DNA from: Sphaerodactylus townsendi
Lineage: Eukaryota
Length of the DNA: 64,000 bases
Reading direction: 5' to 3'
Assembly: GCF_021028975.2 (NCBI RefSeq)
Contig: NC_059438.1
Coordinates: 21,080,001 to 21,144,000, forward strand
Part shown: in pieces, positions 1 to 12,000 of the stretch
How the letters are laid out: every line of letters starts with the position of its first letter
Numbering within the stretch: position 1 is the stretch's first letter
Position numbers and translations under genes: made by a program
The notes under the pieces: generated by a model
What the model was told of the DNA's origin: nothing
Databases searched by the model: none
The model's input: only the letters and a program-made list of their open reading frames with translations

Positions 1-95
1 CTCGCCCACAGTTTCGCTCTCTAACTGCTCAGCCTCCGGTCTGCTGACACTCCTCTTTGGAGTCCTAGCTTCAGTCCTTTGAGAGAGCCGAGTAG
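1..95 (-). CDS. CENPT: CENPT exon, partial ([32 protein letters not shown]...)
   Basis: gcgtAG acceptor, phase 1, open to the window edge. Confidence 0.6.
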
Positions 96-3000
96 CTACG
101 CAGCCAATGGAAAATAAAAAGTACTCCTTGATTAATTAACACAGGCACAGAGCTCACTCCCACCCAGGTATATGCTGCTGTATTCCACATTTTTCCGAAT
201 TCCATCATTGTAGGCTTGGCAAGGTCCTAGAGCTCACCAGAGCATGTACATGAAAGCAGATTCATCTTTGCCTACCATGATCAAACATGAAAGCCCCTTC
301 TTTCCCACTTCCAAAAGCCCCTTCTTTCTCACATCTATTTAGACTGTTGCGGTTATATTGCACACACATCTTAACTTCTGTAGCCTAGAAGCCCAATTTA
401 AGATAACAGGGAATTCTTCTTTTTTACAGTCACATCACAGCTGACTTATGGCAACCCTGGTTGGGTTTTCAAGGCAAGAGATGTTCACAGGTGGTTTGTC
501 ATTGCCTGTCTCCACGGAACGCCCCCAGTATTTCTTGCCAGAGTTGAGACTGAGAGTGTGTGATTGGCCCAAGGTCATCAAGCAAGTTGCTATGGCAGAA
601 TGGGGATTCAAACCTGGGTTTCCCGGATCCCAGTCTAACATCTTAACCACTACACCACACTGGCTCTCTTGATATTCATACAATCCACTAATTATGAAGC
701 AGCCTTACAGTTGCTGGAAATGCACACAGCCTTTAAGTGAAGTGCAGAAACCCAGACCCACAGGAGGCTGTGGAATTCATGGGCACAGGTGGTGAGTGGT
801 GGCCATTCACTTAGATCAGGAATAGGCCAACAAAATGGTGATGGCAGGGTCATGTCTTGCCTGCTGCCTTCCCCCACATGGCTGGCCCCAGCAGTGGTGC
901 CAGCACCTCAGTTGCTCAGGCCCAGCAAAAAGGTCTGGTGTGCTGCCGCTAGAATATGTGCAAAGAGTTACCTACCCATGGCTTAGATAGCTTGAAAACC
1001 ATTAGTTAGGAACCTCCATGCTCCAAAGCAGTGTGGCAGCTCAGATGATCCACAACGGATCATTGCTTTCTCCAACATCTAGTAGAGAAATATACTGTCA
1101 AGCTGCATTGGGCAGCATGACACTGAATGGCCATCGCTGAGGACAGTGACACTGAAGAAGAGCCACTGCCCTCTTGCCCTGCTAGCCAAGGCCTCTGGCC
1201 AGCCGCTGTTGAAAGCAGCACTGGACTGCCTGGATCTTTATTTTGATCCACCAGGACTCCTCTCCCTCTCCGTCACACAGCAGCAAAAGGCAGTCTAAGC
1301 ACTGGAACTCCGATACCTCTGTTTAGCCGGCATAACTACATTCTGATTCAACTCGCATCTCTGAGAAATCTATTCAGGGTTGCGGTAGTTGGATAACCTG
1401 AGTAATCAGGACAAGATCTGTGTTATGTCTGCCCAATAATACCTCCATGTTCAGTTTCAATTGGACAGACCTAGCAATTTAGTTGAAGGCAATCCAGAGA
1501 GGCCAAACAAGTGGAGGAAGAATGCTCTCGTTTGCAGTATCAGGTGCAAGGCTCCAAATTGACAATGATTGGGGTGTGGGCAGGCAGGAATAGAAATGAG
1601 ACCTTTGCAAGGACTTTGGCTTATTCAATGTAAATTCCCTGGAGGTCTAGGCATGTGCTTACCCCCTTTGCTGGAGGAAGGCTCTTCTTCCAGGTCAGCT
1701 TCCGATGCACCCTGATCCACCACATGCGGAGTGATGGTTCTGTCCAGCTCCTCGATTATGTGCTCCACCATTTCTTTCACTGAGTGCTTGGCAGGCTTGT
1801 ACTGCAGAAAGGCATGCAGGCCACCTGCGGGTGAAGCTGGAAGTTCGGTATCAACAGGTGTTGAAATATCTAAACAGTAAAATAGACAGGAGTTACAAGA
1901 ATTCAGGCAACGCATTTCAGAAAAGCTGGCAGAAATGCCCCCTGCTCAAGTATTAACCCCAATGTGCTTTCTTCCTACATACAAGAGCCCAGCTGCAGAC
2001 TAGTAAAAAAGGATTATGAGGAACGCATGGCTGTGAACATCAAAACCAGCAACAAACAGTTCTTCAAGTACATCAAAAGCAGGAAGCCAGCAAAGGAAGC
2101 GGTAGGCCCGTTAGATGACAAAGGAACAAAGGCAAAAAAGGATTATGAGGAACGCATGGCTGTGAACATCAAAACCAGCAACAAACAGTTCTTCAAGTAC
2201 ATCAAAAGCAGGAAGCCAGCAAGGGAAGCGGTAGGCCCGTTAGATGACAAAGGAACAAAGGGTGTAAAGCTGAATGAATTCTTTGCATCTGTCTTCACCC
2301 AAGAGGAGGTGAGGAACATTCCTGCACCTGAACCAAGCTTCTTAGGAGGCGAATCCGAGGAACTAACGAAGATAGTGGTAGACAAGGAAGAAGTTCTGGC
2401 AGCCATTGATAAACTAAATGCTACAAAATCCCCTGGCCCAGATTGCATTCACCCAAGAGTTCTTAAAGAGCTCAAGCATGAAATTGCTGATCTTCTCACT
2501 TTAATATACAACTTATCCTTGAAATCAGGCTCCATCCCTGAAGACTGGAAGATGGCCAATGTCACACCAATCTTTAAGAAAGGATCTAGGGGGGACCCGG
2601 GAAATTACAGGCCAGTCAGTTTGACATCTGTTCCTGGTAAATTAGTAGAATCTGTCATTAAAGATAAAATTATAAAACATGTACAAAAGCAAGACCTGCT
2701 GAGAAAGAGTCAGCATGGCTTTTGCAGAGGCAAATCCTGTCTTACAAACTTACTAGAGTTCTTTGAGGATGTAAATAGGCATGTGGATAAGGGGGAACCA
2801 GTGGACATTGTCTACTTGGATTTCCAAAAGGCTTTTGACAAAGTTCCTCACCGGAGACTATTGAGAAAACTCAGCAATGAAGGAATAAGAGGGGAAGTCC
2901 TCCTATGGATTAAAAACTGGTTGAGAAACAGGAAGCAAAGAGTGGGTGTAAATGGGAAATTCTCACAATGGAGAGATGTGGGGAGTGGTGTCCCCCAAGG

Positions 3001-6000
3001 ATCCGTATTGGGACCAGTGCTCTTTAACCTATTCATAAATGACCTGGAAGTAGGGGTGGGTAGTGTGGTGGCCAAGTTTGCAGATGATACCAAATTATGT
3101 AGGGTGGTGAGAACCACAAAGGGATTATGAAGGAGCTCCAAGCGGACCTTGATGAATTAGGTGAGTGGGCTAAGAAATGGCAAATGCAGTTCAATGTAGC
3201 AAAATGCAAAGTGATGCACATAGGGGCAAAAAATCCAAACTTCACATACACGCTACAGGGGTCAGTGCTATCAGTCACAGACCAGGAAAGGGATTTGGGC
3301 GTCTTAGTTGATAGTTCCATAGGAATGTCAACTCAATGTATGGCAGCTGTGAAAAAGGCAAACTCTATGCTGGGGATAATTAGGAAAGGAATTGATAATA
3401 AAACTGCAAAGATTGTCATGCCCTTATATAAAGCCGTGGTGTGACCGCACTTGGAGTACTGTGTTCAGCTCTGGTCGCCACATCTCAAAAAGGATATCGA
3501 AGAGATAGAAAAAGTGCAGAGAAGGGCAACGAGGATGATTGAAGGATTGGAGCACCTTCCTTATGAGGAGAGGCTGCAGCATTTGGGACTCTTTAGAGAG
3601 GAGACGTCTGAGGGGGGATATGATTGAAGTCTATAAAATTATGCATGGGATAGAAAATGTTGACATAGAGAAATTTTTCTCTCTTTCTCACAATACTAGA
3701 ACCAGGGGGCATTCATTGAAAATGCTGGGGGGAAGAATTGGGACTCATAAAATGAAACACTTCTTCACGCAACGTGTGATTGGTGTTTGGAATATGCTGC
3801 CACAGGAGGTGGTGATGGCCACTAACCTGGATAGCTTTAAAAGGGGCTTGGACAGATTTATGGAGGAGAAGTCGATTTATGGCTACCAATCTTGATCCTC
3901 TTTGATCTGAGATTGCAAATGCCTTAACAGTCCAGGTGCTCGGGAGCAACAGCCGCAGAAGGCCATTGCTTTCACATCCTACCTGTGAACTCCCAAAGGC
4001 ACCTGGTGGGCCACTGCGAGTAGCAGAGAGCTGGACTAGATGGACTCTGGTCTGATCCAGCTGGCTTGTTCTTATGTTCTTATGTTCTTATGTTCTTATG
4101 ACTAGTAGCTGGCAGAAGAGGTTAAGAAGAGAGTAATCAAACTCATAGCATGGAGCACTCAAGCTCTTGGTTAAGCTAAGTATAACAAGAGCTTACTACC
4201 TCATACCCTGCTGCTGGATAATTCCCAAAAGAGACAGAGGCTGAAAAGAGCCAAACAGCTAGTTAGCGAACTCTTCCTTTTGGGCCAGGAAGATCCAAAT
4301 GACCCCCAAGTGGGTCAGACTCCCCAAAGTAAATTAGAAAGCTCTCTGGACATAAAGAAGAACTCTTCCTAGAACACAAGCCATGAAGGACTACAGTTTC
4401 ACCTAGGGCAGTGGTGGCGAACCTTTGGCACTCCAGATGTTATGGACTACAATTCCCATCAGCCCCTGCCAGCATGGTCAATTGGCCTTGCTGGCAGGGG
4501 CTGATGGGAATTGTAGTCCATAACATCTGGAGTGCCAAAGGTTCGCCACCACAGACCTAGGGACTTCATCTTGTCCACATAGCTAGAGACGATGGAGCTA
4601 AGTCTCAAACAGGAGATTTAAGGGAACGATTAACTTTAAACTGCTGCAGTGTCAAGTAAAGCTTGTATTTCCCGAATTAAATATCCATTAGGAGCTACCT
4701 TATGTAGGGATAGAGGACAGCATGCTTTCATATTTTCTTTGATCCCTTGCTCACCCTGAATAGGACAAATGTACTGTGGATCAGTGGTAGAGCTCAGTGC
4801 TTGAAATTCAAAAGTCACAGGTTCAATCCCCAGCACCTCCAGTTTAACGGATCAGGTGGTAGGTGATGTAAATAACCTCTGCACCAGAAACCAGACAGCT
4901 GCTACCAGCCTGACTGGAGAATATTGACCTTGGTGGACCAATGGTCTGATTCAGTATAAAGCAGTTCATGTGAGCTCATTTGTTAAAACTGGGGTATATT
5001 TTGAAGACTTAAGTCCGATTTCTAGAAACACACCACTCCTATTCAGCCTTTGATATCAGAAATGGGGTAAAAGGGAGGGGCAGCTGGTCAGTTTGCTATC
5101 TCTGGAGAATAATAGCGGAAGCATGCAGGGTTGTGGTCAATTGCCCCTCACTAGCTTGGGAGTGAAGATGGCAGGCGCAGCAACATAGGCAGAGCCTTTA
5201 GAGGACTAGAAGTATAACTCCTTCTAGAGAGAAATACCCTCAGGACCGTTGGCATCAGCAGGCACCCAGTTGGCATTTGGCATCCCTTGGGAGTGACAGA
5301 AAGGGGTGGTGGCCGGGCTTTTCTGACTTCCCGGGAGCCAACCTAAAGGAGCAGGAGGAGCAAGTCTGTTCTTTCACAGAGATAAGAAGTATTTGCCCCC
5401 TTCCTGTGCATAGGACAAAAACAAGGAGATTCTTTTAGTAAAAGTTGTAGATATACTTCAGGATGTTTTTCTTGACAAAAAAAGTATGTGCAGGAAACAA
5501 CCAGAGAGGCTTCAAAGCCACCTATGGATAAGGAAGAACAATACTAAAGAAATTATGAAGAGCAAAAGGATCTACCGGTATTTTCTTTCATTACAATTGG
5601 AAGTGCATGGATGCTTGAATGTTTGAAAAAAAATCAGTATAGGGTACAGCAGTCTGCAGCTCTCACTCTACAGTATCGGGTGTAGTAACACTTTTGCTTG
5701 TAGAAACCAAAGCATTTATACTGCAAAATTAGATAAATATGCCAAATGGTACAGTTTGGTGTGTTAATGACTCATTTTATGTTATTAAAGCAGTGAAAGA
5801 AGTGTAGGTTTGATAAGTAAACATTCCATTCTGTGTACATCTCTAGCTCTGTCAGAAATTACATACCACTCAACAGATGCTCTCCAGGACTTGAATGCAC
5901 CTCCATGAGATGGTGTCCGTGCAGACTCTCTTGAAGCTCAATGAGACGGTTTCTGGGCAGGCTCTCTTGAAGCTCCATGAGATGGTCTTCGTGCAGGCCC

Positions 6001-9000
6001 TCTTGAAACTCCATGAGATGGTGTCCGTGCAGGCTCTCTTCAGGCTCCATGAGAAGGTCTCCATGAAGGCCTTCTTGAAGCTCCATGAGAGGGTCTTCAT
6101 GCAGGCCCTCTTGAAGCTTCATGAGATGGTGTCCGTGCAGGCTCTCTTCAGGCTCCATGAGAAGGTCTCCGCGAAGGCCTTCTTGAAGTTCCATGAGATA
6201 GTCTCCATGCAGGCCTTCTTGATGCTTTCTCCCCAGAGACAGTGTCCTTTGCTGGGGCACAATATCCATCTCAGTAGTTTGTTCAGTGCCTGGTGTTAAT
6301 GTCTCTTTCAGGTTATTGCCTATCATTCCTCCCTCATCGGCCAGCTCACTCTCTTGTTGTTCTTCCCTTGGACTACCCACTTTTCCTTCAGGCATACCTT
6401 CTGTGCCATCAATATATTCAGTCCTTGGCATCAAAATGTCTTCTTGGTCCTGCGAAGTCATGTCAGCATCTATATCAGACTCTGCACATTGCTGTGGTGT
6501 CTTTAGGTCTTTGGCAGAGGATAGCACAGTCCTTTGGGATAAAGATTTTCTGGGAGAGGTAGGCTGAGATGGGAGAACAGGAACCCCTACCCTGCTTTGG
6601 CCACTGAGCTGAGGCTGGACAAAGAGTTCTGTGTTGGCTGAAGCATCTGACAGAACTGAAACTTGCAAGTCCACATGGTGGTTTTTCGCTGTTGGAGAAA
6701 ATACCAAAAGAAGATTATCTTTCAAGTGGAGAAATCTTCCTGACTACCAGCATCTTTCAATGTACCGGTTATAGTGGTACTCCAGTCATGGCTTGTTGAG
6801 AGTTCCCTTCATAATCACCCAGCCACTAAAAGAGCCACATTTACTTCCATCCCTGGCAGCAAGCCTGCACCTCATGGAGGCTGGCAGTGTACCTGTTATT
6901 CTGGTGGCAGCTGTTTCAAAGTGGTAACCACTTAGCAATCACAAGACCCACCAGGAAAGGGCCTTACCCACTTTTTCCTGAAAAATGGGACAGGTGCCAC
7001 ATTGGGGAACAGCGCTCAGAATAGCCACAGGTGGAATGTCAAAGTCATACGTGGCTCCCTTCAGAAACGGACAAATACATGAACTTGAAATTCCCTCTCC
7101 CCAAGGATACCACTAAAATAGACAAATTCAGACTCACAGTCTTTTATTTGCATTAAGTTTTGTTCCATTCCTCCTTCAAAAGTTGTCAGGTTAATGCCTT
7201 TGAAACTCTTACGCCTACGGATTAAGCCTCTTTTTAAATCAGGTGTCGGTGTTACTGGGGTTCCAAGAGTGACCTGAAGAGATCTGGGAAAAGAAGAATA
7301 GGTCCCATGTGTCATACCAACCAGTCTTTTGGCTCTGGATCCATGTCTCAAATAGTAGTTATTGAAGGGAATATAAGGCCCTGTTCTCAGGGCACTGTTC
7401 TCATTATTACCAGCATATGCTCACAGCCACCCCGTTTCTAGGCCATGTGTCCTCATACTGAATCCACTCAAGAACCAACACTTCACACATCATGTTCAAT
7501 CATTTTGGCCCTGCTCAAGTCAAATCTTGTGTCACCAAGAAACCCAGAGAACAGCTGGTACAAGAACTTCGCCCAGCCACACAGTTAACTAGCCCAATGT
7601 AAAAAGGCTTATTTTTATCCAAGAGATGCTGGATTGCGAAGAGGGAATCAGTGGGGGTTTTCTTACAATTGTATACACAGGTTTATACAGCCTACCCGTC
7701 CCCCATCCCACTAAACAGCAGAAATATAATCTATACTTCAAACGTAAATGTTGAGTTTCTGAAAGCTACATCCTTGTTAACAGATTCATTACTTAATTTT
7801 AAGAGAAGGAGGAAGAAGTTATGCCAGCCATCAACAGGTTAAAAATACCTATAGAACCAAGGAGCCACTTTATTTTAAATTCTAAAACAAATTTTAGATG
7901 ACTCGTATGCTGTGCCAATCAGCAAGAAACCTAAATAGATGAATAGCATTTACTATGCTTCTACAGACAGAATAAGCATAGTTGTTTACAGTTTTTGGTG
8001 AGAGGCAAATTGCTCTTGGCCTGCAGCCTGCAACCCTGTATGAGCCATGCAGCCAGAACCAGCAACAGCCCAAGATAACTATACATTCCAACATTTGCTA
8101 GAAGAGTCTGTTTGTATCTCTCTACTTACATTAAGAAGAAGAGTCTCTCCTGTAAGGAGACTCAAAGGGGCTTACAAACTGTTTTCCCTTCCCCACTCAC
8201 AGCAAACACCCAGTTCCTCCATTAGAGTGCACCTGCTCTTAACCACTACGCCACTGCTGCTCTCAGAACTTCATGACAATTAGAGCGGTTGCACAGTGGA
8301 ACAGGCTTCCGGGGGGTGTGTGTCTCCAGCTTTGGAGGTTTTTAAGCAGAGACTAGATGGCCATCTGACAGCCAGGCTTATTCTCTGAGCTTGGACAGAT
8401 CATAAGAGGGAGGGCAAGAAGGAATGAGTCATGGCTGCTTTGGGGTAAGGAAGGAAGCTTTCTCCAGGCCAAATTGGCTAGGGATCTGGGAGTTTTTTGC
8501 CTTCCTCTGGGCATAAAGCAGGGTTCACTAGAGGAATGGAGGGAAGGTAATTGTGAATTTCCTGTGTTGTGGACTTGATAGCCCTGGAGGCCCCTTTCAG
8601 CTCTGTGTTTCTATTGCTTAAGGAGGGGAAGTATATCATCATAGAATCATAGAGTTGGAAGAGACCTCAAGGGCCATCAAGTCCAATCCCCTGCAATGAA
8701 GGAACACAGGAAATGAGTCCCCAGGAAAGAGAAAAGAATGCTTTAATACAGTGATACATATTCAATGTTGTTGAAGCAGGAAGAATTTCCTTGCCTTAGC
8801 TAGCTCACGGGTGACGGGAAAAATCTTTAAACTGGAGAGAGGGGAGAGAATGAGAAAAGGAAGCTGAATAATTTTTGCTTACAGGTCCATCATGGGATGA
8901 TGCAGCACTACAGCAGAGCAATTTCAACAGCCTGAATCTACTGCACCCAATAGCGGCAAGGCTAATAACAACCAACTGCTCTCACACACCTGTTCACAAT

Positions 9001-12000
9001 GCATAGGGACAAACAAGGAATGGCCCATAGAATCATGATTTTTGTTATAGTAACTCAACAGAGGAAGAATCAATAGTTTACCACTATCAGGGAGCAAAGG
9101 GATTTCTTGGTCATAACTCACCTAGTCAGAGATGTGTTGTCCAAGAATGACGTAGCTTTAAAAATAAATTGAAGCATATATTAGTTGGGGAAATTAGCTG
9201 TACATAAGCATTACTTGCAAGAATTCATAAATGCAGTACACTGGTGAGGAGAACAGCACTAATCTATTCTCTTCTCTATTACGCTTCATAGGATTGTTAA
9301 CTTAGTTTTTTTATTTTTTTCAGCTTAAATATGAAGCTATACCTTAACTTCAAATACCCACCCCCGCGATCTTGACAGTTTACAACTCAACAGTTTCCTT
9401 CACATATAGTATCAGTGCAGGATATTATCAGGAAGCCAGATTTTTCTTGGCTGTTGTACAGCTGAAGAAAAACTTCTTGGAGCTACCTCCAATGGCAGAA
9501 TCAGAAAACTCTCACATACCTGTAGTAGATGGGAGGTGCTTATCCACAGCTCTCTCAAACTCAGACAGCCTGACTTTCTTTGAATTCCCACGTTTGAGCA
9601 GATTAGGCCGAAATGTCTCTTCAGGAATAGGGACAGTCAAACTTATATCTAGGTCGCTAAGAACAATAATATGGATCTTTAATGCTGGAAACAAAATGTA
9701 ATATCACCAAAAAAAAAAGACTTGTAACTCTCCTGACCTGTGGTGGCATGAAGGGGGAAAGAGTGCTCTTTCTACCTGGAACAGTGCCCTGAACATGGGA
9801 GTCTGTTTAGATTCAGAACTCCATCTTGTGACCACATCTAACCTTTTTGGGCAAGACTGCTTAAAACAATCTCCTCCCTCAACCTCATGCCTGGCACATA
9901 AGCAGGAATCAGCATTTGAATATGGACAACAGCACACCTGGAAGGAGCTAGTTCTCTTTTGTTTATTTCTTAATCTATTCAAGGGTCTTCCTCTGACTCA
10001 CCCTTCTCGTGACCAGCCATGTTGTAACTGCCATTAAGTGTCATTATCTGTTTATTGCCCAACACCTGGCAAAACCCTCAAGATAATGGGCCAACCATCA
10101 GGTCAATAGTCTGACACTCAAAACCATGACCTCACCTGGAACAGCAGGAAAAATCCTTTGTTCAAGGATTTCCTTTGCCTCAAGATACATTTTTCCCTAT
10201 GAAGGCATGCCTCAGACCCCAGTTAGGTGTTCAATGCTGTCACACACTACCTTGCTGTTTGATAATATTGTTCCATCAGTGCTGATCATCCAAAGCCTAG
10301 TGCTGGCCCATTATATCTCCTGGATGTCCACTACAAGACTGGTAAATATAATCTTTGATGTCTCATCCCTTCTCTCTATATATATCCAAAACCTGCCTTT
10401 CACCCCTAAATTACATCCTACGAAACCTCGTATGTGTGCGTTTTTACCCCCAGTAACTGAGTGACAGTGAGTGGATTTTTATTTTATTCCATTTTCTTAT
10501 TTTCTCAATAAAACCATTAATAAGAATGTACTTTTCTCTACTGCTTTCTTATAAACGCTCAACGTTACCCAACGTTCCTTAAGCCACGCTGAGTGACCTT
10601 GTGCTCTACAGCTAATGTCCCCAACCAAAGAGGGTCATTGCATCCTACCATTTGGGATAACAGGCTGTATTTCTGACAAGACTGAAGGACGAGATATAAG
10701 GAAATGGAGACAGAGAAGAGTACAGGCAAGAGGCACCTCTGCTGTGGAGGCTGTGGGAAATAGCATGTTTATGAGCTAAAGACTGTGAGAAGATAGGCCT
10801 GCTCAGAAACAAGGCAAGAAACTGTTCAATAATCCAATGATCAATGATTTATTCTGAGTGCATATGCTTAGGATTTCAGTCTCATGATGTACATACCTAT
10901 CATTAGCTTTCCTTGAAGGAAATACAGAAGGAAACTGGAATACGGTCTCCACTGGTTTGGGGGAATCAGTTTTTTCAGGAACAAGAGGGGAAACTACTGG
11001 TTCTGTTAAGAAAACATATGACAGTTTACAGTTCTACAGACATCACCAAGCAAGTTAAAATGCTAGCAATAAGTTGAGCAGGGGTAATATGTCTTTCTGC
11101 AGATGTCAAACAGATAATGTTACTGCCATGAAAAGGAATAAATTAGACAGTTTCTGTAAACAAAGATCAAACCTTTCACCCCAAAAGGTTTGCTGCAATA
11201 TTCTCCTTTTGAGCACTGAAGTGCACAAACTTAAGACTGTTCCAATTAAAAAAGGGAGTTGTGGTTCTATATTTAGAGACAAAATATAGGCTCAAAGATA
11301 AGACATCAATAGTCACTGGAGATCTAAAAGAAAGCTTCAAGATTTGAAATTCGAGAAAATATGGATCCTTTCATTTACAAATTTGCTCACCAGCTTGCCA
11401 GGCACAAATGCCACTGACAAGCCGTGAAGGAACCCTGCTCATCACTGGAGAAACCTTGCCCCAGACAGGGAAAGAGAACTCCTTTAGAATTGGCTCTGGA
11501 GTCTGCAGACTTAATTTTAAAAACTGGAAACGATGCACACATATGCTTTTCTAAGGAAATATGGGCAAATACTACTGGGGTGGCCAACCTATGGCGCTCC
11601 AGATGTTCATGGACTACAATTGCCATCAGCCCTTGCCAGCATGGCCAATTAACTCAAAAACTGGAGTTAGCATTAGCAGGGGTGGGACAATGAAGGTTTC
11701 TCCAAACTACAGATGTACAAGATGTTTGATGACTGATCAAGATTACTTGGAATTGATTATCCTACCATTCTCACTAAAATACTAACAAAACTGTAACAGG
11801 CAGAAATTAAAGCACTTCTAGGGATGCAATAAAATGTCTACACCACTTTTTTTGGCCATCAAGTTCAAGTTGACTTACGGTGACCCTACAGGGTTTTCAA
11901 GGCAAGAGACAATGGGAAGTGGTTTGCCATTGCCTGCCTCTGAGTGACGACTCTGGTATTCCTTGGAGGTCTCCCACCCATATACTTGCCACGGTCAGGA

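Noticed and set aside
1964-3895. CR1 RT ORFs as an active element or domesticated gene
   Set aside because: 5'-truncated with no endonuclease domain; frameshifts and an in-frame stop
4775-4850. tRNA gene
   Set aside because: tRNA-like SINE head without a proper cloverleaf, continuing into a SINE body; same for the other SINE heads
5239-5342. Possible extra phase-1 CENPT cassette exon
   Set aside because: Weak donor, uncertain boundaries, not needed for phase continuity, no homology support
5870-6299. Alternative-frame and antisense ORFs over the CENPT repeat (LLKLHEMV... repeats)
   Set aside because: A stop-free 36-bp unit keeps several frames open; no independent gene signals
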